Of a stretch of DNA of 32,000 bases, positions 1-8,012 are shown in pieces. The DNA is from Acaryochloris marina S15 (lineage in GTDB: Bacteria; Cyanobacteriota; Cyanobacteriia; Thermosynechococcales; Thermosynechococcaceae): contig NZ_CP064923.1 in assembly GCF_018336915.1 (NCBI RefSeq), forward strand, positions 570,001 through 602,000. The letters are read 5' to 3'. Below the pieces are notes generated by a model. That model was not told where the DNA came from. It ran no database searches and was given only the letters and a program-made list of their open reading frames with translations. A program made the position numbers and the translations under genes. The stretch's first letter is position 1. Every line of letters starts with the position of its first letter.

Positions 1-105
1 CAGGAGTTAGGTCTGCCTATTCGATTTATTGGAGCCGGTGAAGGGATTACTGACTTGCGCCCCTTCTCTAGCTATGAATTTGTAGAAGCACTCCTGAGCA
101 CCTAG
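1..105 (+). CDS. ftsY: Signal recognition particle receptor FtsY, C-terminal end (5' part lies outside the window)
   Basis: Frame 1 reads QELGLPIRFIGAGEGITDLRPFSSYEFVEALLST*. The GxGExxxDLxxF..F.EAL tail is the conserved end of the SRP-GTPase G domain. Termination right after it fits FtsY rather than Ffh, which continues into an M domain. Confidence 0.75.
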   Translation, partial: QELGLPIRFIGAGEGITDLRPFSSYEFVEALLST

Positions 106-218
106 TATTTTTCTGACCTAGAACTAACATGATCAATCGATTCTTTGCCTTATCAGACTGCAGAGATCAGGAAATAAATTGTGGCAATCTTATCAGAAGT
201 GCGCTATACCAGATTGAA

Positions 219-254
219 GGAAACAATTGATATTTGTCATATTGTTTCCCTTTT
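219..254 (+). terminator. Possible rho-independent terminator downstream of ftsY
   Basis: A 9-bp inverted repeat, GGAAACAAT (219-227) and ATTGTTTCC (241-249), has a 13-nt loop and is followed by CTTTT. The stem is AT-rich and the U-tract is short. Confidence 0.3.
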
Positions 255-533
255 AGGAGTGGTTTCACAATTTTTTAAGTCGTTCTTGGTCAGTCTCTGA
301 TATTTGCTGCAGTTAACAGCAATTTCGTGATGATTTGGCACTCTATCTAGAGTATTCTTCCTAAGAAAAAATGTATCAGAGGATACTGTTGCATTCCTTC
401 TGCTTCTTTATTTTTCTTTAGTTAGAGTTCAGCTGCCCAAAGAGTTGACAAGAGTGCTAAGCTTACTGGGCATAACTGTCAACTAGTAACACAACACTCG
501 TTTTCTCTACAATACTGGCTTGTATTTGCCTTT

Positions 534-1958
534 ATGTCTCGAGTTCCACTTCCAAACCAACCGTCCCAATCTTTGGATTTTGACTATCCAGGGGTGGCGA
601 CAAACGTGGCAACTTTGACAGCACTCCAAGAGCTTGTTTCCCATCTCCGACGAGAACAAGCAAAAGCGCAAGACTTATTGAGTTCCTTAAGCTTTTCGTT
701 AAGGAGCTTTAACAATCTCAATCAGTTCCTCGCCTTAATTCCTCTGATTGTTAGTCGTGTTACCGATGCGGATGCCGCTGCTTTAATTTTGTTTCGCCCC
801 AACGGGCAAGTGTCTTTAGAGCAGTTGTATTGTCATGAAGGACAGCAATGCCGAAATATTCGCTTAGCCCTAGAGAGTGTCACCCGTCAGTTTCCGATTA
901 ATGGTTCTCCTGCTAAACAACCGAACCTAGTTCTAGAACAACAGTTAGGTCAGCTGTTGGGAGAAAATTATCAGTGGTTCAGTACCGCTATTTTAGTGCG
1001 GAATTTTGAACTCCATGAACGGGGCCGCCTATACCTGTTTAGCAGTAATCCTGAATATGAATGGACAGAAACCCGGCAAAAGCTAGCCCAGTTAGTGGCT
1101 GACCAAACCGCTGTGGCCATTGAAAACGACACGTTAACGACCCAACTCCGTAAGCAAGAGCGAATCACCCGTGAGTTAGAGATTGGGGCAGAAATTCAAG
1201 CTCGTTTATTGCCCAACTATTCCCCCACGATTGACGGGGTGGCCCTAGCAGCTACCTGTCAAACGGCCAATCAAGTGGGTGGAGATTATTACGACTTTAT
1301 TCCGATTTATCGACAGCTTCCAACCTCCCGTCAATATCGCCTAAATCAGGCCGATCGCTGGGGACTCGTGATTGGAGACGTCATGGGTAAAGGGGTTCCT
1401 GCTGGGCTGATCATGACCATGACTCGCGGGATTCTGCGAGCCGATGCGTTACACCATCATTCTCCAGCAGAGATCTTAAAAAATCTCAATCAGGTCATGT
1501 ATGCCGATTTAGAAAACTCTAATCGGTTTGTGACTCTGTTTTATTCAGAGTATGACCCCAAAACTCGTCAGCTTAGCTTCAGCAATGCGGCTCATAATCC
1601 GCCATTGCTCTGGCGTGCCCGTGAAGATGCGATTGAGCGCCTAGATACGGACGGTATGTTGATTGGTCTGGATGCCAATACTGAGTATCAGGAAGATAAG
1701 GTCACCCTAGCGCCTGGCGATACGATTATTTACTATACTGATGGCTTTACCGATGCGGCTGGTCCTAATGGTGATCGCTTCGATGAAGAAAACTTACTGA
1801 CTGTCTTTCAAGAAGCCTGCCATACTTGCCACGGCCCGCAAGAGATTCTAGATTACCTGTTTGAGCGTTTGCAAGCCTTTATGGGAGAACGGAATCAAAG
1901 CGGTGATGATGTGACTCTGATCGTCATGCAAATCACGCCCATGTTGCTGACCTTCTAA
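534..1958 (+). CDS. GAF domain-containing PP2C/SpoIIE-type serine phosphatase (RsbU-like)
   Basis: 474-aa ORF. The N-terminal half is GAF-like. The C-terminal half carries PPM/SpoIIE motifs: GGDYYDF, GDVMGKGVPAGLIM, YYTDGFTDA and DDVTLIVM. Confidence 0.85.
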   Translation: MSRVPLPNQPSQSLDFDYPGVATNVATLTALQELVSHLRREQAKAQDLLSSLSFSLRSFNNLNQFLALIPLIVSRVTDADAAALILFRPNGQVSLEQLYCHEGQQCRNIRLALESVTRQFPINGSPAKQPNLVLEQQLGQLLGENYQWFSTAILVRNFELHERGRLYLFSSNPEYEWTETRQKLAQLVADQTAVAIENDTLTTQLRKQERITRELEIGAEIQARLLPNYSPTIDGVALAATCQTANQVGGDYYDFIPIYRQLPTSRQYRLNQADRWGLVIGDVMGKGVPAGLIMTMTRGILRADALHHHSPAEILKNLNQVMYADLENSNRFVTLFYSEYDPKTRQLSFSNAAHNPPLLWRAREDAIERLDTDGMLIGLDANTEYQEDKVTLAPGDTIIYYTDGFTDAAGPNGDRFDEENLLTVFQEACHTCHGPQEILDYLFERLQAFMGERNQSGDDVTLIVMQITPMLLTF

Positions 1959-2080
1959 ACTGGCGTTCAAGTTTTAACATCCCTTCTAGGAATGTCAGGC
2001 TTGGTTGCATAAATGGTAACTGGCTTAATAATAGTGCTTAAAACCACCATAATCAGGGCAATGTAGCATTTGTCAGGGTT

Positions 2081-2989
2081 ATGACGCCAGAACATAAACG
2101 CCTTACTGCACCCGTTTGGGGCACAGTTGTCGGAGCCGTTCTCTTAGCGAGTTGTTCATCCCCTCTCACTGAATCGATGTCAGATTCAGGTGAGGCACCC
2201 CAAGCCGCTCAGTCGGAGCTAGCCGCCCTCCAAAATGATGTGTCGTCACCGACTGATGCCGCTCCCCCCAAGGCCAAGCCCCAGCTGATCAAGCGTGCCA
2301 ATATGACCCTTCGGGTCGAAAAAATAGCGCCCACGTTACAAGCTGTCGCTAAGCTTGTCAAAACTCAGCAAGGTGACGTGGTTGGCCTTCAGGATCAAGT
2401 GCCTCCTGACGGGGCAGTGCGTCATCAGGCTTCCATGGAGCTACGTATCCCCCAAGCCAAATTGGAGGCCACGCTGGAGCAATTAGCCCAGTTAGGCACC
2501 GTTCAAAACCGCTCGATCGAAGCGGAAGATGTGTCCACTCAGCTGGTAGATTTTCAAGCCCGCCTTAAAAATCTCCGCAAGTCGGAAGAAGTGGTGTTGA
2601 AGATTATGGATCGATCGGGATCTGTGGCTGATGTCCTCAAAGTTTCTCAAGAGCTAAAGACGATTCGTCAACAGATTGAACAAATTGATGCTCAGGTGAA
2701 ACGGTTACAAGCCCAGGTGGCTTTTTCAACGGTTAACCTCAGTTTGGAATCTGCGATCGCAACCACGCCACCCCAATCTTCCCTTGGTGATCGCCTACAA
2801 GAAGCTTGGTCCCAGTCAACCCATGCGGTTGTCAATCTCACATTTGGCTTACTGGGCATTCTGGTTTGGTTTGTGGTCTTTTTGCCTTACATCATTGGTC
2901 TGGTCTTGGTGCAATTTGTCGTCAGACGGTTGATGCAGCGTCGGAGCAACACCGCGACGGCCTCCGATCACAAGTCCATCAGTGGGTAA
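2081..2989 (+). CDS. DUF4349-like lipoprotein (coiled-coil middle, C-terminal membrane segment)
   Basis: 302-aa ORF. It has a lipobox-like LLASC signal, a coiled-coil region (QARLKNLRKSEE...IEQIDAQVKRLQAQV) and a C-terminal hydrophobic stretch (GLLGILVWFVVFLPYIIGLVLVQFVV). This architecture matches my memory of DUF4349. Its 3' end overlaps the convergent pepP gene by 11 nt. Confidence 0.6.
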   Translation: MTPEHKRLTAPVWGTVVGAVLLASCSSPLTESMSDSGEAPQAAQSELAALQNDVSSPTDAAPPKAKPQLIKRANMTLRVEKIAPTLQAVAKLVKTQQGDVVGLQDQVPPDGAVRHQASMELRIPQAKLEATLEQLAQLGTVQNRSIEAEDVSTQLVDFQARLKNLRKSEEVVLKIMDRSGSVADVLKVSQELKTIRQQIEQIDAQVKRLQAQVAFSTVNLSLESAIATTPPQSSLGDRLQEAWSQSTHAVVNLTFGLLGILVWFVVFLPYIIGLVLVQFVVRRLMQRRSNTATASDHKSISG

Positions 2990-4304
2990 TGGAGGCGATG
3001 GATTTAGGAACAGCTGCCGTGAGCACTTCATGGCCTGTTCCCGTGAGCAGCACATCATCTTCAATGCGAATCCCAATTCCTCGCCACCGCTCCGGTACTT
3101 CTGGCTGATCTTCGACTAGTTGAATGTCAGGACCAATATAAATTCCGGGTTCAACGGTAACCACATGCCCGGCTTCAAGGGGTTGCCAGGTGTCTTTATC
3201 CTTTTTGTAGACGCCCACATCATGGACATCCAGCCCTAGCCAATGACCCGTACGGTGCATATAAAAGGGCTTATATGTTTCTTCTTCGATGAGTTTATCG
3301 ACATCCCCTTGCAGTAAGCCCAGATCGACTAAACCTTGGGTCAGCACTTGGACTGCTGCTTCATGGAAGGCGTTGTAGGGGTTGCCCGGTTGCACCTGTG
3401 CGATCGCAGCTTCTTGTGCCGCTAAAACCAGCTCATACAGAGCTTTTTGCTCTGCTGTAAACGTTCCGCTCACGGGAAAAGTACGGGTAATATCGGCGTT
3501 GTAATATTGATAACTACAACCCGCGTCAATCAACAGCAAATCCTGCTCCTGAAGCTGGCAGGTATTTTCGGTATAGTGCAAAATGCAGCCATTCACCCCC
3601 GCTGCCACAATAGAGGGATAGGCGGGGCCTAAGCCCCCTCGTAAGCGAAATAGCCGTTCCATCTCTGCCTGAATTTCATATTCATAGCGACCAGGCTGGG
3701 CTATCTCTCGGGCCAAGTTGTGAGCCTCGGCAGAAATATCGATGGCTTTACGCATCAAATCCAGTTCAGCCTCACTTTTGGTCAGCCGCTGGGGATGAAG
3801 CACCGTCATGGGATCTTCCAAAGCAACCGGACCAATGCCATTCTTTCGGACCATGATCAGTGATCGTTGCCAATGCTTCAGAATGGTTTGATTAAAGGGT
3901 TGATCCAGCCCGAGGTGGTAGTAAATCCGATCAGCACCCGCTAAATATTGGGGCAGATGTTCATCCAGCTCCGCAATCGGATAGACTTCATCGGCCCCAT
4001 ATTCTTCTTTTGCCAGCTCGACACCGACTCGATACCCTGTCCAAGTCTCCATCAACGGATCTTTGGGTTGCACAAACAGCACAAACTGATGCTCTTCATG
4101 ATGGGGAGCCAGCACAGCCACCGCATTGGGTTCGTTAAACCCCGTCAAGTAGAAAAAGTCACTCTCTTGCCGAAAGTTATATTCCACATCACTATGCATC
4201 ACGGCCATTGGGGCACTCCGAAAAATTCCCGTCCCCGAACCCATGGCTTTCATCAGTTTTTGACGACGCTGGCGATATTCTGCTTGCATAGGATCTTTAA
4301 TCAA
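2979..4304 (-). CDS. pepP: Xaa-Pro aminopeptidase (aminopeptidase P, M24B)
   Basis: 441-aa ORF. It has the AMP_N motif FRQESDFFYLTGFNEP and M24 metal-ligand contexts (LIDAGCSYQYYNADITRTFP, HRTGHWLGLDVHD, VTVEPGIY, GIRIEDD). Confidence 0.9.
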   Translation of the reverse strand: MIKDPMQAEYRQRRQKLMKAMGSGTGIFRSAPMAVMHSDVEYNFRQESDFFYLTGFNEPNAVAVLAPHHEEHQFVLFVQPKDPLMETWTGYRVGVELAKEEYGADEVYPIAELDEHLPQYLAGADRIYYHLGLDQPFNQTILKHWQRSLIMVRKNGIGPVALEDPMTVLHPQRLTKSEAELDLMRKAIDISAEAHNLAREIAQPGRYEYEIQAEMERLFRLRGGLGPAYPSIVAAGVNGCILHYTENTCQLQEQDLLLIDAGCSYQYYNADITRTFPVSGTFTAEQKALYELVLAAQEAAIAQVQPGNPYNAFHEAAVQVLTQGLVDLGLLQGDVDKLIEEETYKPFYMHRTGHWLGLDVHDVGVYKKDKDTWQPLEAGHVVTVEPGIYIGPDIQLVEDQPEVPERWRGIGIRIEDDVLLTGTGHEVLTAAVPKSIASITH

Positions 4305-4823
4305 GATGACAATTTTCTCTACCCATTGTGCAGTATATCGTCCAGAGATTGCTTGATAGATAACGGTAGAGGGCAGCTAAGAGCACCAGCGTCTCAAAAT
4401 TTTTGAGTACAGGATGACCAATATGGAGGTATTGAAGTGCATGGTCACCTGTGAAGGCCAATCTATAGAAATAGAGGAGCCGCCTAAAAATTTTAAGACT
4501 TTAAGGATGTCAGTCGAGTAAAGTACTGATCTCTGATTCCATCAGCTCGGGGATAAGTACTTATATTCAGTAGTATCACTGAATTCAATGTTCTAGACTC
4601 AAAATGTTTTTTGTTCTTTTAAATAAAAATAAGTGAAACTACCTAGGACACTAGTCAAAAAGAATAAATAAAGGAAAAGACAATATGAGATTAAAAATTA
4701 GAAGAAATAGGTAATTGTCGCGAGTGGGACCTTTTTCTCTAAGGGCATGCTGTAGATATACACATCATATACATCCACACAATCACCTACATTCTCAGAG
4801 ATGTGCTCCACGAGGTTATACCC

Positions 4824-6365
4824 ATGAAACGCCTGATTCCACTGACTAAGCTGACACTGAGTTGTACATTACTCTTTGCTGCATTAGGTTCACCTGCTTT
4901 AGCTCAAATAGAAGTTGAAGAAGGGGCCGTTTATACCGGCGATATTGATATTTCAGGTGATGAAAATGGGGTTAATTTAGAAACCCTAGATAATGATTGT
5001 GGAACAGTCATTCGTCAACGGGATGATAACGATGATGGTACCCCTGGTCCAGATAATAACCTCGTTGTAAATGCGGGTGAGGATGCCTTTGAAGGCAACG
5101 GCACAGGTTGTGCAAATTCCTCATCCTCTTCCGTAGGTAATTCCTCCAACAACCAAAATAGCCAAACCATCAATGCCAATCCTACGAATATTTCTGAGTC
5201 GGGAGCGATTACATCTGGAGATGCAACCTCCTCAGTAGATGGGGGATATTCCCAGTCCTCTTCTGACGTCAACGGTGGCAACTCTACGTCTCAAGCAGAA
5301 GGAGCAACGGGGGGTAGCTCAACCTCCGGAGCGAATTTAGGTGATGTCAGTAGAGGTGAGACTTCTTTAGGAGATGCGATTCGCGGTGAGACTTCTCTGG
5401 GAGATGCGACTCGCGGTGAGACTTCTCTGGGAGATGCAACCCGTGGCGATACTTCCTTAGGTAATGTCAATCGAGGAAACACAGCGCTTGGCGATAATCA
5501 ATTTAACACCAGCACTTCCGGTGGTACTGCGAACCAAAGCCAGTCGGCCAATACCACAGGTGGAAACGTTACCGCAGGATCCGCCACTCAGAATCAATCC
5601 GCCAATACCACGGGGGGAGATGTGACAGGAGGGGCAGCCAATACCAACGGTGGATCATCCGACACAACCGGTGGCACGGTCACCACCAATGGTGGCTCAG
5701 CCAACCAAAGCGCTAGCACCACAGGAGGGACCGCCAACCAATCCCAAATCGCCAATACGGGCAGTGGTCCGGCAAGTACCAACAGTGGTGACCTTAGCCT
5801 TGCCCCCATCACTGTCCAGACTGGTGATAATAGTGTCAATAATCGCCAAATTACCAACAATACGGCCAATTTCTCCAATACGAGCGCCTTCGCCAATAAT
5901 TCAGTCTTCGGCAAAAATGCCTTCAATGGCAGCGTATCCGGTGGAATGTATGCTCGCCTGAATGCCTCTTCCAAATCTTCGAGCGCTTATAACAATAGCT
6001 TTAGCCATAATCAAGCGGAAGTCGAAGTTGGGATTTTCAAAGCGTTTCAAACAGTGGCATCCAAAAATTCTGCTCGTCGAAAGCGGGTCAAATTTGGCCA
6101 AGACATGATTGTCTACTGTGTCGATTTCCTCAAGCACTATCCCAATCTGATGGCGATTGACGTAGCCACCATTCACAACAGCCATCTCAAAAAGACGGTA
6201 CAGGCTTGTCAAGAGCTAGGTCCCCTTGTTGCGCAACAGCAGCCTCGACAAGTGATCATTAACGTCCCGCCTCAAGCCCAGCCATCACCGGAAGTCTTGA
6301 ACCTCCCAGGTTCAAGAGATCTTCCTTCAGAGCCTCGTCGGATTACCCGTAGCAGTGGCGGTTAA
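4824..6365 (+). CDS. Secreted low-complexity repeat protein, paralogue 1 (long form with C-terminal domain)
   Basis: The ORF track gives 4803-6365, but I prefer the ATG at 4824. Its upstream context ACGAGGTTAT...ATGAAAC is duplicated in front of paralogue 2. Signal peptide: MKRLIPLTKLTLSCTLLFAALGSPALA/QIE. It has an acidic N-domain with a Cys pair, about 300 aa of G/S/T/N/D/Q repeats and a roughly 130-aa C-terminal domain. It aligns end to end with the 8013-9554 product. Confidence 0.85.
   Translation: MKRLIPLTKLTLSCTLLFAALGSPALAQIEVEEGAVYTGDIDISGDENGVNLETLDNDCGTVIRQRDDNDDGTPGPDNNLVVNAGEDAFEGNGTGCANSSSSSVGNSSNNQNSQTINANPTNISESGAITSGDATSSVDGGYSQSSSDVNGGNSTSQAEGATGGSSTSGANLGDVSRGETSLGDAIRGETSLGDATRGETSLGDATRGDTSLGNVNRGNTALGDNQFNTSTSGGTANQSQSANTTGGNVTAGSATQNQSANTTGGDVTGGAANTNGGSSDTTGGTVTTNGGSANQSASTTGGTANQSQIANTGSGPASTNSGDLSLAPITVQTGDNSVNNRQITNNTANFSNTSAFANNSVFGKNAFNGSVSGGMYARLNASSKSSSAYNNSFSHNQAEVEVGIFKAFQTVASKNSARRKRVKFGQDMIVYCVDFLKHYPNLMAIDVATIHNSHLKKTVQACQELGPLVAQQQPRQVIINVPPQAQPSPEVLNLPGSRDLPSEPRRITRSSGG
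5340..5489 (+). repeat. Five in-frame 30-bp tandem units encoding decapeptides G[DN]xxRG[EDN]T[SA]L
   Basis: It translates as GDVSRGETSL GDAIRGETSL GDATRGETSL GDATRGDTSL GNVNRGNTAL. Units 2 and 3 differ at only a few bases. Confidence 0.9.
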
Positions 6366-6433
6366 GCACCTGCCTTTACTAAGCAACTGCCTTTACGCTC
6401 TACATCGCCACTAAATATACGAGGTTATTCAAG

Positions 6434-7519
6434 ATGAAACTCTATTCCAGATTAAATGTTCTCACTGCCAATACCCTAGGCCTAGCCTTTTTGATGACTG
6501 TGTCAGGAGCACCTGCCATAGCCCAAGTTGAAGTCGAAGAAGGTGCAATTTTTACGGGAAATATTACCGGTGGTCCCACAGAAATTCAAACCTTGGATAA
6601 CGATTGTGGCACAACCATTAGCCAACGGTCAGATGACGGCACACCCAATGATGTTGACAACAACATCGAAGTCACAGCCCAAGAAGATGCATTTTCTGGG
6701 ATTGGCACAGGTTGTGCAGAATCCACTTCTAGCGTGACTGGAGAATCTGTAACCAATACTAATACGGAGAATATCACTGCCAGCCCTGACAATACTTCCA
6801 CCACGGAAGCCATCACTTCTGGTGATGCGACTTCTGCTGTAGATGGAGGTTTTTCAGAGTCTGATTCTGATGTCAGTGGTGGGAATTCTTTTAGCGAAGC
6901 CGAAGCTGCAACGGGTGGTAGCTCAACGTCCAATGCAACTCAAGGAGATGTGACCGAGGGCAATACAACTTTTGGTGATGTCTCCCGTGGCAACACCGTT
7001 TTTGGCGATGTTTCTCGTGGCAACACTATTTTTGGCGAAGTGACCCAAGGGAATACAACCTTCGGTGATGTCACTACAGGTGATACCGATCTAGGAGGCA
7101 ACACCTTTGACGCAGAAGTCATCAGTGGCTCGGCTGACCAAGAACAGATGCTTGATACTACCGGTGGAGATGTCGTTGCTGGCAACACAGATCAGACCCA
7201 AGCTTTGGATACAATAGGCGGAGATATCACCGGTGGGACTGCCGATATGATGGGTGGGACCGCCAATCTGGTGGGTGGTGATGTGACCACAACAGGTGGT
7301 TCTTCCAATCAAACTGGCTCTGTTACAGGTGGAACAGCTGACCAAAGTCAGTTTGCTGAAACCATCAGTGGACCAGCTACTACCAACAGTGGTGACCTGA
7401 CCATTGCCCCTATTACAGTGAACACGACTGATTCTTCAGTCGATAACAGTAGTGTTACGAACAGCTACGTCAACAGTGCTGTCGTCAATAGCTCCAACGT
7501 GAACACTGTTAATCCTTGA
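6434..7519 (+). CDS. Secreted low-complexity repeat protein, paralogue 2 (short, more acidic form lacking the C-terminal domain)
   Basis: 361-aa ORF starting 68 nt after paralogue 1, with GAGG 10 nt upstream of the ATG. It shares the signal peptide, the N-domain (EVEEGAIFTG, LDNDCGT, GTGCAES), the decapeptide repeats and the GG-x repeats. It stops about 25 aa after the conserved SGDLTIAPITV motif, and a strong terminator follows. Confidence 0.85.
   Translation: MKLYSRLNVLTANTLGLAFLMTVSGAPAIAQVEVEEGAIFTGNITGGPTEIQTLDNDCGTTISQRSDDGTPNDVDNNIEVTAQEDAFSGIGTGCAESTSSVTGESVTNTNTENITASPDNTSTTEAITSGDATSAVDGGFSESDSDVSGGNSFSEAEAATGGSSTSNATQGDVTEGNTTFGDVSRGNTVFGDVSRGNTIFGEVTQGNTTFGDVTTGDTDLGGNTFDAEVISGSADQEQMLDTTGGDVVAGNTDQTQALDTIGGDITGGTADMMGGTANLVGGDVTTTGGSSNQTGSVTGGTADQSQFAETISGPATTNSGDLTIAPITVNTTDSSVDNSSVTNSYVNSAVVNSSNVNTVNP
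6944..7093 (+). repeat. Five in-frame 30-bp tandem units (decapeptide repeats, paralogue 2 version)
   Basis: It translates as GDVTEGNTTF GDVSRGNTVF GDVSRGNTIF GEVTQGNTTF GDVTTGDTDL. Confidence 0.9.
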
Positions 7520-7576
7520 GTCTAAGTGTGTAACTTGTGTGGATAGAGATGGAATCTCGCTAATAGACTCATGATA

Positions 7577-7607
7577 CTGCGCTAGTTTTTTCTAGCGCAG
7601 TTTTTTT
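7577..7607 (+). terminator. Rho-independent terminator ending the paralogue 1-2 transcription unit
   Basis: A perfect 9-bp stem, CTGCGCTAG (7577-7585) and CTAGCGCAG (7592-7600), has a TTTTTT loop and is followed by T7 (7601-7607). Confidence 0.85.
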
Positions 7608-8012
7608 GGGGATTTCTTATCTAAATTGAGATTATCAAATATTGCTCTACTTATAACGCACCCCTAAACATTTACTTATTTAATACATACTATTTTTGCC
7701 TGATTAGATTGAGAAGATTGAATGGTCTGGGCTTTGGATTGAGATGGCAACCTGCCAGTATTTGATCAGTATAAATACTGAGAGATTAAATCATGATTTG
7801 GCATGACTCTATATTTCACACAAAAACTGAGAGAAATACGGATAAATCTTGCAGCTTTAAGAATAAATAAACATTTTTAATTTATTTAAGAAAAAAGATT
7901 TTTTAGGTATTCCTATTGAGGATTTCTATCTCAGATCAAGGAAAGATAAAAATATACAAGTTATGCATATGTTCCTCAGCAACCCAGTGTTGCTCATTAG
8001 CGAGAAAAAACC

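Noticed and set aside
443-484. 8-bp inverted repeat AGTTGACA...TGTCAACT containing a consensus -35 hexamer TTGACA upstream of the GAF-PP2C gene
   Set aside because: No acceptable -10 hexamer lies at 16-18 nt spacing; the best is CATAAC at 20 nt. It might be an operator or promoter, but the sequence alone does not support a call.
2806-4406. ORFs 2806-3108, 2849-3076, 3447-3632 and 3948-4406 overlapping pepP or the DUF4349 3' end
   Set aside because: They are fully embedded in or opposite well-supported CDSs with strong family motifs, so they are shadow ORFs.
6370-6396. 10-bp direct repeat CTGCCTTTAC (twice) in the paralogue 1-2 spacer
   Set aside because: It is too short to distinguish from chance, with no associated hairpin or known motif. 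I noted it only as a possible duplication scar.
5015-7345. Numerous antisense and alternative-frame ORFs inside the repeat genes (for example 5015-5281, 5291-5482, 5594-5974, 5650-5961, 5901-6212, 6528-6737, 6586-6933, 6940-7188, 7091-7345, and also 8441-8644 and 9177-9398). Some have striking repeats such as EVSPRVASPREVSPRVASP.
   Set aside because: These are shadow ORFs. The stop-poor, repetitive sense sequence generates them, their periodicity simply mirrors the 30-bp sense repeats, and they lack start contexts and signal or functional motifs.
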